Assembly (NCBI GenBank): GCA_964016885.1
Contig: OZ024740.1
Location: forward strand, 265,856,001-265,920,000
DNA length: 64,000 nt
Direction of reading: 5' to 3'
Source of the DNA: Eledone cirrhosa
Taxonomy: Eukaryota
Of the stretch, positions 1 through 15,545 are shown one piece after another. The position numbers and the translations under genes are program-made. The notes under the pieces are model-generated. The model worked only from the letters and a program-made list of their open reading frames with translations. It had not been told where the DNA came from and did no database searches. The number at the start of each line of letters is the position of its first letter. Within the stretch, counting starts at the first letter, position 1.

Positions 1-350
1 AAACTAACAAAGTCAATCTGTAAACGCAGAAGTGGATATTTCAAAAAACGTTGCAACCGGAGGAAGACAGGAAGACGATACTTTGGTTCGTGGAAACGTT
101 CCCTTCACAAAACATACAGGTAATATATACTTACCTATGCAAATAAGTAATGGTATAAACATAACATATACTTAGCTACCACATCAAGACGTAAAATATC
201 CACGTATAGATCGTACTATCCGTTGGGGTATAATGTGGGGCTGTAATACAGGAAAGTTTTGTGCAATTTATGTTTACAAGACGAAATTGCCTCAGATTTT
301 TTGTTTAAGATGTGGTCTGTGGCGTAGAGTATTTCCAGAGCCTCAGCGGC

Positions 351-1004
351 TCAGAGGTCACCAGGTCTTTTATTTCCGTTATACGATCTAGCCCTAGCTA
401 GGACCTCCCAGTGTAAATAATATTGGGTGTGGCTGTCTTTTAGACTCGAGATATAAGCTGAAAGTGACGTCATATTCCTTCTTAGAGGGTAACGAAAAGA
501 ATGGGTATGCATGTAAAGACGCTGCTTGAATCTGTTGGCGGTTAACCCTATGTAGGCCCTACGGGACGTGGGTGCTTCAACCTTACATTTGTACACAATG
601 TTACTAGAGAGGCATTTCCCGGATAGGGGGTAATCAACCCGATTCCTACAATTACAGTTAGTACTAACTACAGGGTTGCACGTGTTCCTACGGCTAGGTA
701 GTTTAGCTAAATTTGAAGCTGTGATGTTATATGCAAGGTTAAGAGTCGTAGAGTAAGAAATTTTAATAGTATTTCTATTAAAAATTTTACTATATTTATG
801 TGTAGGGGAAAAATGCTTCGTAATAAGGGATAGAAAGATCTTAGCTAATGGTGTGGCCACCTCCATATTATATGGTGGGTTATACCATATAATGCGACGG
901 GATCTATTTCTTCTAGGTCTATTCTCGTACTCTGTATATGCTACCTTATCGACAAATCCACTCCGAGCAAGAGCTTTATTTCGGCTTGTAAACATAAATT
1001 GCAC
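351..1004 (-). pseudogene. PLE RT-thumb/linker plus GIY-YIG endonuclease fragment
   Basis: GIY-YIG motif VYKC...YIGLT..FKQR..H. Premature stop relative to the copy at 30.6-31.3 kb. Confidence 0.85.
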
Positions 1005-1260
1005 AAAACTTTCCTGTATTACAGCCCCACATTATACCCTAATGGATAGTACGATCTATACGTGAATATTTTACGTCTTGATGTGGTAGCTAAGTATATG
1101 TTATGTTTATACCATTACTTATTTGCATAGGTAAGTATATATTACCTGTATGTTTTGTGAAGGGAACGTTTCCACAAACCAAAGTATCGTCTTATTGTCT
1201 TCCTCCGGTTGCAACGTTTTTTTTAAATATCCACTTCTGCGTTTACAGATTGACTTTGTT

Positions 1261-1311
1261 AGTTTCAGAAGATCCCGTTAAGGGTGAAAGCAGCGATTCT
1301 TTGCTTAAACT
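1261..1311 (+). ncRNA. Type I hammerhead-like motif with variant core CAGAAGA
   Basis: AGTTT-CAGAAGA-TCCC gttaa GGGT-GAAA-GCA..TGC-TT-AAACT. Stems I and III pair. Same motif at 52010-52060 (-). Confidence 0.65.
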
Positions 1312-1387
1312 TTAATCTGTTATTTTAATAAATATATATATATATATATATATATATCTCTCTCTCTCTCTCTCTCTTTATATATAT

Positions 1388-1487
<100 letters not shown>

Positions 1488-1689
1488 AGAGAGAGAGAGA
1501 GTAAGAGAGAGAGAGAGAGAGAGAGATGTATATAAATATATATGTGTGTGTGTGTGTATGTGTGTGTGAGTATTTCTCTGTTTATAATTAAGAATAGTTT
1601 TCCGAAAGTACACATTATGGGAAATACATATTTATTTCATATAGTAGTGTATTCTACAGGTGTATAAATGTTTCATTTCTTTAAAATCA

Positions 1690-1739
<50 letters not shown>

Positions 1740-2933
1740 AAACGAAAAATCAGTGATGCATCTAGACTCAGTTTATTACGTGTTACAATTGTTTCGCTGG
1801 CAGATAGCTCGAGACACGATCATTGTATGGATCTGTCTGATTCTAGAACTGCGGGTTCTTCGGACACATGCAATGCTTTCGGAGCAAATTTTCTCACTGG
1901 GGTGTTAGCTTCAAAAAATACCTTCAAATAACATCTTCCACTCTTGTCTTGCCATTGGCTGTTGTTTTTCTACGTCATCATAGATTCTGGTCAATATTTG
2001 CTGCCACACTGGCCATCAGCTCCTCTCAGTCCGACACACTTCAATGGACTCATGCTGGGTTTGGTATCTCACAAGTCCGCTCGCACTCACAAATATATAC
2101 CCACACATACACACACACATATAAATACACATACACATATGCACACACGCAGACACATACATATATATGCATACACATATGTACGAACATATATGTAGAT
2201 ATAAACACCCATACACATATACACACACACACTCCCTCTCTTACACACACCCACACACACCCACAACCATATAAACACACACGTCTACTGGCGCCTGCCT
2301 ATATACCCCCATACATCCGGTCTCACACGCACGCACAGGTGCACACACTCACACACACACGCACACGCATACAGGACACATATCAGCGTTCGCGAACATC
2401 TGCACATATATACAAACGCGCAGGGACATATACATGTACACACACACGCACACATACACGCCTGTCCTTCCAAAGACACAAACACACATACACACATACA
2501 TACACACCCATAACATACATACATATACATCTATACACACACATATATATATGCATATATATATACACACGCATACATACGCATCTGTACACACGCACAC
2601 ATACACACCCACATATAAACGTACACACACACATACATACACATCTATAAGAAAAACCTACAATATACTAAATTATGCATTTAACGTATACCTTAAAAGA
2701 AGGAAATTGTATTACCCATGCACGGATATAAACATCATAATCATATACATGCATCCATACACATTCACGTACCATATATATGTATATACACACACATGCA
2801 CATATGTACACACATATGTACACACATATGCCTACACATAGACACATATAAAAACAGTAAAATAAATATACAATATACAATAAATTAAAAAAAAAATATA
2901 TATATATATATATGTGTGTGTGTGCGTGTGTGT

Positions 2934-3021
<88 letters not shown>

Positions 3022-3889
3022 GTGCGCGTGCGTGTGTGCGTGTGTGTGTATATATATATATAATCTGAGTTTTTCGAATATTAATAATAATATTTGATTC
3101 GTTTGAAATTGTGCTGACAACCTATTTAAGCCATGTCTATAGAATGCCCCCTCATTCTTTCTCTTGTGTTGGCCTGTAAACAGAACTGCAGACACTAATG
3201 TTTATCAGTAGAGTATACTCGTCACCTGCTAACTGTGTATATACATGTATATGTATATTTAAATGCATGAATCTGTGTATATCAATGTGTGCATACGTAT
3301 GTATTTATGTATGTATGTATGTTATGTCGGGTCACTCTTGAGTGCTACTGGTAACATGTAACCCAGTACAACCTGTCGCATGGTCGGGTCGTCGGCGACT
3401 AAACCGGCAACCCCACAAAGTTTACTTGGTGAGGAGGGTAATTTTGGACAGCCTGCAGGACCAAAAACAAAACCTGACAAAGGGCGGAAGAACTCATAAG
3501 TGTCAACCGCCATCCAAAAGTGTGTAAATATGTAAATAGACATGTACCGCACGGTTAAACCACTGAGAGTGGAGGACTCCTAGCCTTTGTCAGGGCATTC
3601 TTCTAGGAGAAGGCAACTCAGGAAACTGGGATGAATCCGATATAAAACCTGCGCCTCAGTAGTTAGCGATGATGTTGATCTTTTCTTCTTTTCGTGTTGT
3701 AGCTACTGTCGCTCAGAGAGTGGGATTGGCTCAGTGCACAGTCTTTCCTCACTTTAAAAAATCTTCATGCACAGTCATTGCACGATAGAATTAATTAATA
3801 ATTATTAATAATGGTATATCATGCAATGGCCATACTCGATAACGAGGGGGAAGCCATTATGTATGTATGTATCTATGGATGGATGGGTG

Positions 3890-4495
3890 AATGGATGGAC
3901 CAATTTACAGAAAAAGTTCTGCATGGGTACCTGAGACGAAAAACACAGACCATCGAGGGGATAAATCATTCAAAATGCCTGGCATGGAGTTCCGACAAGG
4001 TTATGACATCCCACCTTGAAGGATATCTCTATGCAATACTGGAACAAGAAATCCCCACCAAATATCTGCTACACAAAATAGGAGGGCAATCAGTCCACAA
4101 TAAATGTAGGCTTTTTAAAACAAAGATCGAAGATGTTAGCCACATTGTTGCCAACTGGGAAAGAATGTCGTCTCGCTACTACCTCCCTATGAGATACGAT
4201 GTGATAGCTAGAACCAAATGGAACGCACTTAGGAAAAGAAGATTAAAATCAAATAAGGAAGAATATGTTGAGAAGGATAGCACTATAGAATGCTGGTGGA
4301 ACCTGAAAATAAAAACTGGCACCAAATTAAAACACAACCGGCCTGATATTGTTGTTTGGGACCACACATTGAAAACGTGCCCTGTTGCAGAGATCACCTG
4401 CCCTCTTGATGTCAACGTTGTAAGAAAAATACAGAAGAAGGAGGTCATCTACGGACCATTGATGAGGAGTTTGCAGATCCAGTATCCAAGATACA
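3890..4495 (+). pseudogene. R4/Dong-type non-LTR retrotransposon C-terminus (zinc knuckle plus restriction-like endonuclease)
   Basis: LHGY..EQEIPTKY..CRL....EDVSHIV..WWN..NRPDIVVWD..EITCP within ORF 3811-4647. Confidence 0.8.
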
Positions 4496-5023
4496 CACAT
4501 ACATACATTCATATAAACTTACACACGCTTATACATGCACACACATACATACACCCCCGTGAAATCTATATAGTATTGGCTGAAAACACAAGACCAGCTA
4601 AAAATATAGCACCTGTTTTCTTTTTTAGTGGGGTGCATCGTTATTGATATTTTACCGTTATGAGATGAAGCCCCGGGGTAGTGAATTAGATGTATTTTAT
4701 TAATCCCGGTTTTCTTATTTTAGACTCTAGTTCTTAATTTTATAATTACCCATCTTTCAGATTCCTGTATTATTCTATTTTCGCTTGCTTTCTAGCTAGC
4801 CTACTTTACCCACACACCTTAGAAATTGCTGTATAGAATTTACTTTTAACGCTTGACCGGCTTCACCCACTTCCTCTTTGTTCTACAGGCACGTTCGGCC
4901 ATCCCCCACCTCATACCCACCACTATGAAAGACTTAACTGTGTTTACAAAAAACTTCGACCACTCCTTTCGATAACTAAAACCTTCAGAAATGCCTGATT
5001 GTCACATGCCCATATATGGAATT

Positions 5024-5120
5024 ACCCCTTGAAGAGTTCGGCTATATCAACACTACGCTAAAAATTTTATTTAGTCCAGAAATAGCCGTCGAAACGGTTT
5101 GAGCTCTGCCGTCGCTGACC
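5024..5120 (+). ncRNA. Degenerate hammerhead with long stem II
   Basis: TTGAAGA-G.CGGCTAT...ATAGCCGTC-GAAA-CGG..CCG-TC. The 3' part resembles 29667-29706. Confidence 0.5.
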
Positions 5121-6289
5121 TGACTCTTTTCCTATATATAAGTATAAAGAAATTGCTCAAGCGTAGAAATTCTGTAAGGACCTTTCAGTTGTCAGCAGGC
5201 AGGCAGACAGCCTAACAAACATACATCCTGATTATAAAGAAACAATGTGCGAAGCATAATAGTCGGTTTTATATATACATACATACATACATACATACAT
5301 ACATACATACATACATACATACATACATACATACATACATACATACATACATACATACATACATACATACATACACACATACATACATACATACATATAC
5401 ATATATTAGTTTTGCGAAAAATGGCGTAGACATATAATACAACAGGAGGAAACGATAACACCACTGACGATGTTGCAGATGTGCAACGAAAGATTTATGA
5501 TAAACTATATATATGTGTTTGTGTCTATATTGTATCTGTATTATTTTTGACCGTCGGTCAATCAATGGCAACATTGAGGACCGAGTAAGTTAGATTACCG
5601 ATATAAAAGACACAGAAGCGAGAAGTGAAAACCAACCAAACAGTGAGTGTGTTCTGTTATTAATTCTGGCAATATTACACAAATATGCCCCTCCCCAAGT
5701 ATAACCATATACATATAACATATATAGTATATAATGGAGAGGATCAGGAGTGTGTAACACTCCACTTATCCAATAGGCAGTATAAGGTTAGCTCGATGTC
5801 TGAGGACAGAGCCGTAATATAATTAACAACAAAGAACGCTTAGAGCATAGGTATATCTTTACTTGCTAACAGTGTTTCGTCCACAATATATATATTTAAA
5901 CACATATTCTCAAAGCTCCTTCAAAGAACGAACATACCGCTTCGTACATTATTTCTTATGAATGTGTATGTCAGTCTGCCTGCCTACTGACATCTAACAG
6001 TTGTTGTCCAGTTATCTAGTTAAAATGACGAGAAAAAATTGTCATGGCTCCTTAACTTAATAGCTAAAGCGTCTAGCCGGTATCTGAGAGATAGGGGGGT
6101 TCAATTCCTCATAACGGGTGATGGCAATTTCTTTTCCCGTCTTTTAAGGGTCTTCACTCTTTAACATAAGCCATCTTTATAGCATTCAGCGCTTGAGCAC
6201 TTTCTTTATACTTATATATATTAATTTATATAAATATATATATATGTGTGTGCGTATGTTTAACTGTCTGTTAATGTGTGTAAGCGTGT

Positions 6290-6440
6290 GTGGGTGTGCC
6301 CAGACGCATGCATGCCAAAGGAAAACGGAAACAACAAAGCAAACAATACAGTACAATGAAGAAATATTTAGTTTAACGTTTGATCGAGTAAGAAAAGTGT
6401 CTTTAAGTGTCAGACACTAGTCCTTCATTAGAAGATAGAA
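6290..6440 (-). mobile_element. Decayed PLE pLTR-like fragment with eroded hammerhead (6401-6434)
   Basis: Minus strand reads CTAATGA-AGGAC tagt GTCT-GACA-CTTAAAG. The flank resembles the 19.0-19.5 kb repeat. Confidence 0.35.
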
Positions 6441-7571
6441 TGAAAAATAAAAGATGAACTAGAAAAATAGAGATTGAGAAGTGGAAGGATCTGAAAGAAA
6501 GTTTTTGATAAAACACACAGATCCTATTAGCGTATGACTATTTATAATATATACGAACTCGGCCAGAGATAAACTGGTATCATTTAATTGTATGCCCGAG
6601 ATCAGAATTCTGACTAGTTGTTTCCGTGCCAAATTTTCACGCTACTACCAGTTTGTCAGTGTACATTCGACGGAATTGTTGAAGAATAACACATCATTGT
6701 GGCATGTGACATCATTACAGCACTAACTATATATATATGGATGTGTATGTATGCTTGCGTGCATGTGTGTATGAGTGTGTCCGTGTGTGTATGCGCGTAC
6801 GTGGTCTGTGTCTATTTGAGCCTGAGTGCCCGTGTCTGTGTGTGTGTGTGCGTGCGCGTGTGTGTGTATGTGTGTGTAAATATACTTTAATTGTATAGTT
6901 TTGTTAACAGTTATTTATCTTAGCCATATTCATAATGCAACCTCCAGTCTCTCACGCGATTTTTTTATCTAGGAACCTATCGACTTGGCAATCCACACTG
7001 TACGAACATATATTTTTCAACGATGTAAAGAAACTATCCAGCAACTACTTATTACTTGCATAGTTCTCTCAATGCAAATATTTTTACCAGTAGGAATCGC
7101 AGTTTCCATTATTACATGTCCAATAACCTACAGAAAAGAAAATTATTCCAAGTGAAAAACACAATTTGTAGCATACACAGATCACACATCTTTGAACTAG
7201 TCGAAGAACATTTAAAAAGAACTTTCCGTGATGTAATCCGGGTAATTTTGAAGTAAAAACTTCTATAACTACATGCTGTGTTCCCTGCTGATGAATATCT
7301 TGGTAGCGTATAACGAATCTATTCGTGCAAAATCCGTGGTGACATTGATAAGAAGTAATTTGGTGCAAAAATGAAAGAGAAAAATATAAAGTTAGAGCAT
7401 TATTCGTCCTACAGCTAATATATCGGGATGGACATTAGATATTTTCCCTTTTTTGCTTTCCTTTTCTATCACTTTCTCATTCTCCCTTATTCTCCTTTCC
7501 TCTCTCTCCTCATCTTTCTCAATATCACTTCTCTTAGTTCATTTCCCACTAGCTCTTACTATCTATCAACC

Positions 7572-7613
<42 letters not shown>

Positions 7614-9179
7614 TCTTTGCTTTTCTTTCTAACTTTCTTATTTGTTACTAATCAAAATGTTTGCCATCTAGCATTATCTAGAATTAAGAAAATATATGAT
7701 ATAAACTGTGATAACGTGATCAGAAATTATTCTCCAGGTAAATACAAAAAATAAATTTGGTAAGGATTAGATTTAAAAACAAAATCATCTAAAATATTCT
7801 TATGATGATAATCATATAGAAAACTACAGATGTTTAGAGGAAAGAACATTGCGATATACAAACACACGAATACTCACAAATGTATACATTGATTCAAATA
7901 ACTATACACGCTTGCATGAAATCTTACAACTACATGACTATTCATAGGAATTGGTTGAAACACGTGAAATCAAAAGCTACCAGTAGACGCATGAAGACAC
8001 TTCATTCCATATACATGCAGGATATGATAACTAAATAAAGTTGTATAACACTTGTATGCCTGAAGTCAAAAAGTGTTAAGTACATCTTAACATGGATTTC
8101 ACTAAAGATTAATCTACATATTCACAGATGAAAATAGAAGGCCACTTGACGCAATAGATATGCACGAATTTGTAACCTTGTGAAACTACGATTTTTAAGT
8201 TTCCAGGGAATTTGTAGATGTCAATAAGTGTAGTTGCTGTTATAAGTGGAAATAGTTCCGAAGTTAACAAAGAAATGTTTGAGTTGAGAGACACCAAAGA
8301 GATGAAGAGATGACTATTCCTCCGTCAAGTCGGAATAACAGTGGCCCGCTTGAAGATAGAGGCACTTGGGGTAGCTATTGCAGCGGGTGTCCCTGGCCAT
8401 TCTCCACAATAACACTTTTGCCGTTTGGTCAACGGGTGGAGGCTGAGGCACTGCTCTGACTAGGGTGCAGTGTCTGTCATTACCCCTCTCCTTTCGTTAC
8501 ATGCACCTGCTTTCTTTTGCTCCTTTTCATTTTCTTTTTTTTCTTTTTTCCTATTCTGTTCCCTTTAGTAGTGTGTTTTGTTTTTATTAGTTACAGTTGA
8601 ATTATTTTTATATAATAGCCATCCTCTTTTGTGATATTGTGAGATTTTGTATATTGAATTATAGGAGCTGATAGAGTAATGCGCCAGCTTCAGCATTCAG
8701 CAATCAGAAGAAAGGAGGTAGGTGTAAATGCCAAACTCTGAATCTTCAATTCGGTATTCGTGCCAATCCTTGCCTATGGTAATGAATCTTAGGGAATGAC
8801 CTAAAGAATACAATCGTTAATACAATCGGCCGAAATTGGCTTCCTCCGAAGGGTCTTTGGAGTAACGTTACTTGATAGAGTGCGTAGCTCGGAAAACAGA
8901 GAGTCACCTCTGGTAGAGCCGCTACTTCTCCGGATTGCGAGATCACAGCTCTATGGGAATGTGATTAGAATGTCTCAGGAAAGAAACGCTGGACAGATTT
9001 TACAGGCAAAACAACTGAAATACTCCTCGGAGATTGGAGAGACCGACTGATGTACAAGAATCTTTCGCCTCTATTTTAGATATATATTTATCATCTTAGT
9101 TGTAAGAATAGCTGCATTTCCATTTGTATTGCTTTAACGTTTCCGTCGTTGGAATACTAATAGATTAATTATTGTGAAA

Positions 9180-9460
9180 TCCACATACATCTGCTACTTT
9201 TCCGCATTGAGAGATCACAGCTCCAGTACTATGTGGTTAGAAGGTCGCAGGAAAGAAGAATTGTTGGACAGATTTTATGGGCAAAACCAACCGGCAGGAA
9301 ACTCAGGGTTAGACACCGAGGAAAATGGCTGGATAACATCCATGAGCTTGGTTGCTCTCGCTTGGCGATCCAACCAGATCAGTTAGGAACGGTTACTTCT
9401 GATGGGACCAGCTGGAATGAGTTTTTGAGGACTCTGCCTCCACTATCCTCTCAAGAATAA
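9180..9460 (+). pseudogene. RTE-like LINE 3' fragment
   Basis: SQERRIVGQILWAKPTGRKLR..RGKWLDNI, typical of an RT C-terminus. Similar remnant at 8930-9050. Confidence 0.55.
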
Positions 9461-11968
9461 ATGGGCGAAGAAGAAGAAATTAGAAAGCTGCTGGATCTGT
9501 AGTTAATATTCAGGAATTGGGTGTAGATTGAGAAAGAAGAGAGCCGTGAGAGAGAGATGTTTTTTTGTGAGAGAGTATGTATGGTATGAGGTAGTAAGAG
9601 AAAGAGTTGGTGGTGGGAGGAACGCCTGGTAATATAGTATAAGTTAACCAGAGATAGATACATAAACACTTTTTTCAAAGAAACAAAAATGCCGGGGCGT
9701 GAAGTAAAAACCAGCACCGGGATCAGCGTGGTTAGATGGTGTAACTAGAAGTAGAAGTTTCTATGTAAAAAGTGAATGATTTCTACTTTGAATTGGCAAC
9801 TCATTTTCAGCTGAGCGTAATGGAGCATCGTGAATTTAAGTGTTCTGCTCAAAAACACAATGCACAACCCAGACCAAGAATCGAACCCATCAAAATATAC
9901 ATAACAGCTTGATTTATTTTCTTATTATCAAACGATTTCGTTTTGTAATGCCGTAAATTGTCATCGAGAAGACATGGAGAAGCTGTTGAACTATCCTTTT
10001 AATATCCGTTATTGTAACACAAAATGACAACAGTATGACTTACTGTGCCATATCATCTTCTCCAACAGAATTCATAATTCGTTGTTTATGAATTAGTGGT
10101 TAGAGAATTTGATTTGCAATCGTGTGGTTGCGAGTTCGATTCCTAGTCAAGGCGATGCACATAATACAATTTTTTTTCTTCCACGTTGCTCTTTCTGCCA
10201 GGATTGCAACTGGTAGGTGGTATCAACAATGGAAAACCCAATAAAAACATTGTTTATCCGGTCTGATTTGACGAATTCCACCAAACTCGGTAATCAAATG
10301 ACGTCTGCAATTTTGTCGATCGTCCTAGAAGAAAAGACGTAGTTTACTGAGGTTGTTACAAGGCTAGTATGTCTATCATTTTGGAATCACCGATTTTACT
10401 GTGAGGTTGGCTTCAGGTTAATCAAGGCGTTCGTATATACTAGGAATTGATGCTCATTTCTTTCTTGGTATACTAGTTCGCAGATGAGGGCTGTCCTCCC
10501 TGTGCATGCTCACGACTAGGTAGAGCTAATGTAGTTCTTGTGGGATATCCGAGGCCGGTCGCTTAAATTTGCTAATAAAGTGTTTCTCTGATGACGGCAA
10601 AACTTTAAATCAGTTTTCTTGTAAATGGTTATCACATTACTCTAATTTTTACAACTTCGCGGAGAAAAAATGTCAGTGACGGCCCCGCGGCGTTAAGTAG
10701 GTTCCTGTCTAAGTGAATCCATTTAGAGTGGGAGATATTGCTTCCTTTGTCCAGGAGCTTACAGATAAAAGAAGAAAAGGGAGTAGAACTTTCTCTGATC
10801 CACCATCTAAAGAAGTGTTCATGTTGGGTAAATCGACTCTTGAACTCTTTGGCTGTTAGGTCTATATTATTTCTCTTTGTTGAATTCCCTCTTCAGTCGT
10901 GTATAACTTCTCAGGATGATGTAGAAACAAAAATGAATTGTATAGATTTTTCGAAATTTCACTTTCTTTTATAACTTTCCTATTAATATGTATGTATTTT
11001 ATAAAAGTAATATTGTTTATGGCTGTCTCTCTCTCTCTGTCTGTTCCGTTAATGATGGAAAAATAGCATATTCCGTGGAAACCAGAGATAATTATGGACT
11101 TTACTCCTCATGTGATATAGATTTTAAAAATTAATACCTTATTCTACTCTCTTTAGATTTACATGATGTAATAGAATAGATATATGAGGTAATAGAATAT
11201 TCAAGAAAAATAGGGAAATAATATTTGAAGTAAGTTACTTTCTGATCAACTGACTGAATTCTGAACTCAAAAGGTTTATTGAAGAGAAAAGTGTTCATAG
11301 CCATTTATAAAACTTATTTGTTGCGTTTGAAATAGCTTTCTATCATTTCCTATCTATAATTCCATCACATCGTAATTAGATTATATGTTTTATTCCGAAC
11401 AATAACATAAGTAAACGCAAATATGTGGCCATAGAAAGAAAGAAATATAGCTAATGAAAAAGAAATAGAAGTATGCAATTATTTTATCTTGTTAATTGAA
11501 CATTCTCGATGTGTGTCGTGCCTCTACTATTATTAATAGATGAAAAGGACCAGAAGGAAAGTAGATAGCATTCAATGGATTACAAAGAAGTGGACAAAAT
11601 TTTGTTTCACATATAAGAGAAAACGGGTAGGATTAAAATTTTTAGAAAATACAGCATATATATATATCTGTGTGTAAGTGGGTGGGTGTACATATATATT
11701 ATATTTAGTATAAGTTATTCATAAAATCAGGCGTGATAAAATAGGAATTCAAACTAAACATCGGAAGCAGCTTAAATAGTTAATGTTAGACAATTCCTGA
11801 CTTGATTCCTTATAAAACGGTAAATACATCAATGTACAATCAGCTATATTGTAAAGGTGCTTTACTATAGTTTTAAAATAAGCCATTCTTTCAGAACTGT
11901 AACCAGCAGACAGATGTGGAATAGAGCTTGAAGCAACGAGATTCTTTTGTCAGTGTAATAAATGAAAC

Positions 11969-12031
<63 letters not shown>

Positions 12032-12034
12032 TTA

Positions 12035-12233
12035 TTTTTATTTTATAGAAGGAGCTTCTACAGGACTAGTACTGTTTCATTCAGATGAAATCTTCAGGAA
12101 GCCTGAAGATTTCATCTGAATGAAACAGTACTAGTCCTGTAGAAGCTCCTTCTATAAAATAAAAAAATTTTACTCTGCCATGTATTGAGTACCTTACTTA
12201 CTGTGGTTATCCCCGACTCAACCCGGGACCTAC

Positions 12234-12234
<1 letters not shown>
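12035..12234. mobile_element. Fold-back pLTR (family B) in (TA)n; palindrome 12035-12165, apex 12100
   Basis: Perfect ~64-bp arms, 3-nt loop and a one-sided 70-bp extension. Homologous to 15950-16118. Confidence 0.85.
12054..12102 (-). ncRNA. Canonical type I hammerhead ribozyme (GUA site)
   Basis: GCTTC-CTGAAGA-TTTCAtcTGAAT-GAAA-CAG tactagtc CTG-TA^GAAGC; all three stems pair. Confidence 0.85.
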
Positions 12235-12316
<82 letters not shown>

Positions 12317-12326
12317 ATATATTATA

Positions 12327-12357
<31 letters not shown>

Positions 12358-12497
12358 TTGTAACTATATATTTGTGCATGTTTTACTAACTAATTACACA
12401 TGTTACTGTATAAGTAAGCATGTATATACGTCGATAGATACTTTTGGTATCTTTACATATATATATGTGTATGTGTGCGTGTGTGCGTACATATATA

Positions 12498-12576
<79 letters not shown>

Positions 12577-12924
12577 ATATATATAATTTATATATAAGAG
12601 TAAAATTTGTTTCATGTGTCCTCTATTTGTACTTGATGTGTATAAAACCTATGTGGCTTTGAACTCTATTTTCTGCAAATCATTACAAACCCTTTTCAAG
12701 CGATTGCACGATCACTACTGCAATAAAAATAATAAGAAGAAAAAGATTAATTGGTATGAGGAGGAAGTCGAGTAGGAGGGGAAAGAACAGATGAATTTTC
12801 TCCATATCATCTTCGAAAGAACATTTTAAAGGAATGAATTAAAGCTAGACGGTGGAAAGCTATTAATTATAGGTCTACTTAATAAGCATTGGTTAACCAA
12901 CTGTCCTTTGTGTAGCATTAACAG

Positions 12925-13114
<190 letters not shown>

Positions 13115-13365
13115 CAGATGAGGCGTAAGAAATATATATTTTTCAGAGATAACACTTTTCTTGCATATGTGCGTGTGTATGTATGTCTGTGTATATGTGT
13201 GCATGTTATGTATGTATATATATATATATATATATATAAGTATGTAAGTGTGTATACGTACATACATATATGTATACAGACGTAAACTAGTATGTATATA
13301 TATACATACATGCACGCATATATATATATATGTTCGTATATATATATATGTTTGTGTGTGTGTGT

Positions 13366-13405
<40 letters not shown>

Positions 13406-13854
13406 ACTAATATTTTTTGTTTAGAATTTCTTTTATCAATATGTTCACCTCTTATATAAAAGAATTCTTTATTCCACCGAAACAAACCAAAATATATTCA
13501 ATAGCAAGCCTCTTTGGCATTAGAAATATTTCATTTTTATCGTCCAAATGACATTTCAGTTTTCATCTTTTAACATTTACGGTGTCTTTAGCATCTTTAC
13601 AAAACTTTATGAAATAATTTGAGGAAGTAGCGAAATAATCTGATAATTCAATAACAGCGACACTACAGATAAAAATATACTCATTATTTATTATTTCTTT
13701 CATATGTTGTGGGAACGAAAAATTGAAAAGGTTAATCTGTCGGTTTAGACATAGTTTTCTAGATGGGGTACCAGCGTGGTTTACGAAAATTCGTGATGTT
13801 ATTTAAAGATGAAATGAAAAGGAAGAGAGAGCTTAAAAGTATATATGCATGATA

Positions 13855-13886
<32 letters not shown>

Positions 13887-13992
13887 GCCCGAAACGTCGT
13901 TCCCCAACACCACCCCACTCTCCAGAGCGTGAAATTAATAAACATTCGTTGTACTGCCTCTCTGTTTTGTTCCTGTTCAAATGTTCCATTAT

Positions 13993-14027
<35 letters not shown>

Positions 14028-14073
14028 CTGTGTGTGTGTGTACATATACATATATATCTGTGTGTGTGTGTAC

Positions 14074-14125
<52 letters not shown>

Positions 14126-15154
14126 GTGTGTATGTGTGTGTGAGTGTGTGATTGTGTATATATTCATATGTACATACAAATATACATTTATTAGAAATAT
14201 GCATATATATATTTGTGTATATATATACACTCATTCACGCAAACACACGCATATGCATTTTTACATACATTCATGCATACATACATACACATATACATAT
14301 GTATGAATTTATATGTATATATATATATATTGGTTGTGTGTATATGTGTGTGTGTGTATGTGTGAGTATGGTGAAACTAGGACTTAGGGCGATTAGTGTT
14401 AAAAAGCAAATATTTGATACTAACTATATTTGATAATGATTTTTGCATCAAAGTTTAGAAAGTTCGTAATAATCCTGAATCAGTCTGATGCATTAAAGAT
14501 CATTTTTATAATATATGTTGATTCAACTAGGTTCATATTTACGTTTTTTATGTTGTTTGGGATTTTTTTTTTTTTTCGCTAGAAGTGAAATCGCGTGCCT
14601 TAGTTGTTAGAGTGCACTACTTCCTTGAGCAAGTCGCTTTACTTCACGTTGCTCCAGTCTCTTCAGTTGGCAAAAACGTGTTGCATATGGGTATTTGGAA
14701 TACTCAGGCATTTGCAAGTTAATTTCACGAGTGAGGTGTGTTTCGTGACGCAATTCAACACACATCGTCGGAACTAATGGTGGTACAATACACACATTTC
14801 CTTGTGTAGTTAAGAAGTGTGTGTGTGGGGGGGGGTGCGTATGTGTGTATGTGTGCATGAGTGAAATGCTTGCGAGAGTGCTGTGGGTAACAACGGCGTG
14901 AGGCATCAAGTAATGGAGAATGGCGAGATGAAAATGTGTTAAAAGGAGAATATTGCACGCTAGCAACTGTAAGAAAGAAGAACGACTCACAATGTGACGG
15001 GACTTGGGAGGTTATATATATATATATATATATACTAGTAACAGGTAGGTAAAATATCCAAGGTATAGAACAACTCTAGTCCGCAGCGCGTATTTGAATA
15101 TGATGATATAAATCTGTATATATATATATATTTATTTATATATATTACACACAC

Positions 15155-15304
<150 letters not shown>

Positions 15305-15430
15305 ATATATATTTGATATATATATATTTATATATATAACATCTGTCATACACTATCCCCTCTTTTTCTTCCTTTATTACTAATATAAATACTTCAATTT
15401 TTCTGATTTTATCCAATTTATCCAAAATCT

Positions 15431-15545
15431 CTGAAGAAGTGACAACTGATTATACATTTGCTATCGAATACTTGCTAACATTATATGATTACGCAAGCAG
15501 CGATACATAGGTATTCCGTCTGTTACAGAAACATATGTCAATGCC
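15431..15545 (+). ncRNA. Hammerhead-like motif with ~90-nt stem II region
   Basis: CTGAAGA-AGTGACA...TGTTACA-GAAA-CATATG-TC. Palindromic stem III; stem I is weak. Confidence 0.5.

Larger units (their letters stand above)
1..1330 (-). mobile_element. Penelope-like element (family A; YRDDG/CNCR type, possibly Hydra clade), 5'-truncated, with inverted pLTR
   Basis: ORF 351-1004 has IIWYNPPY, KIFNRNTIKISYS, CNCR..PLSGKCL and IVYKC..YIGLT (GIY-YIG). Bases 1-288 are the reverse complement of ~978-1265. Ends in (TA)n at 1330. Confidence 0.9.
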
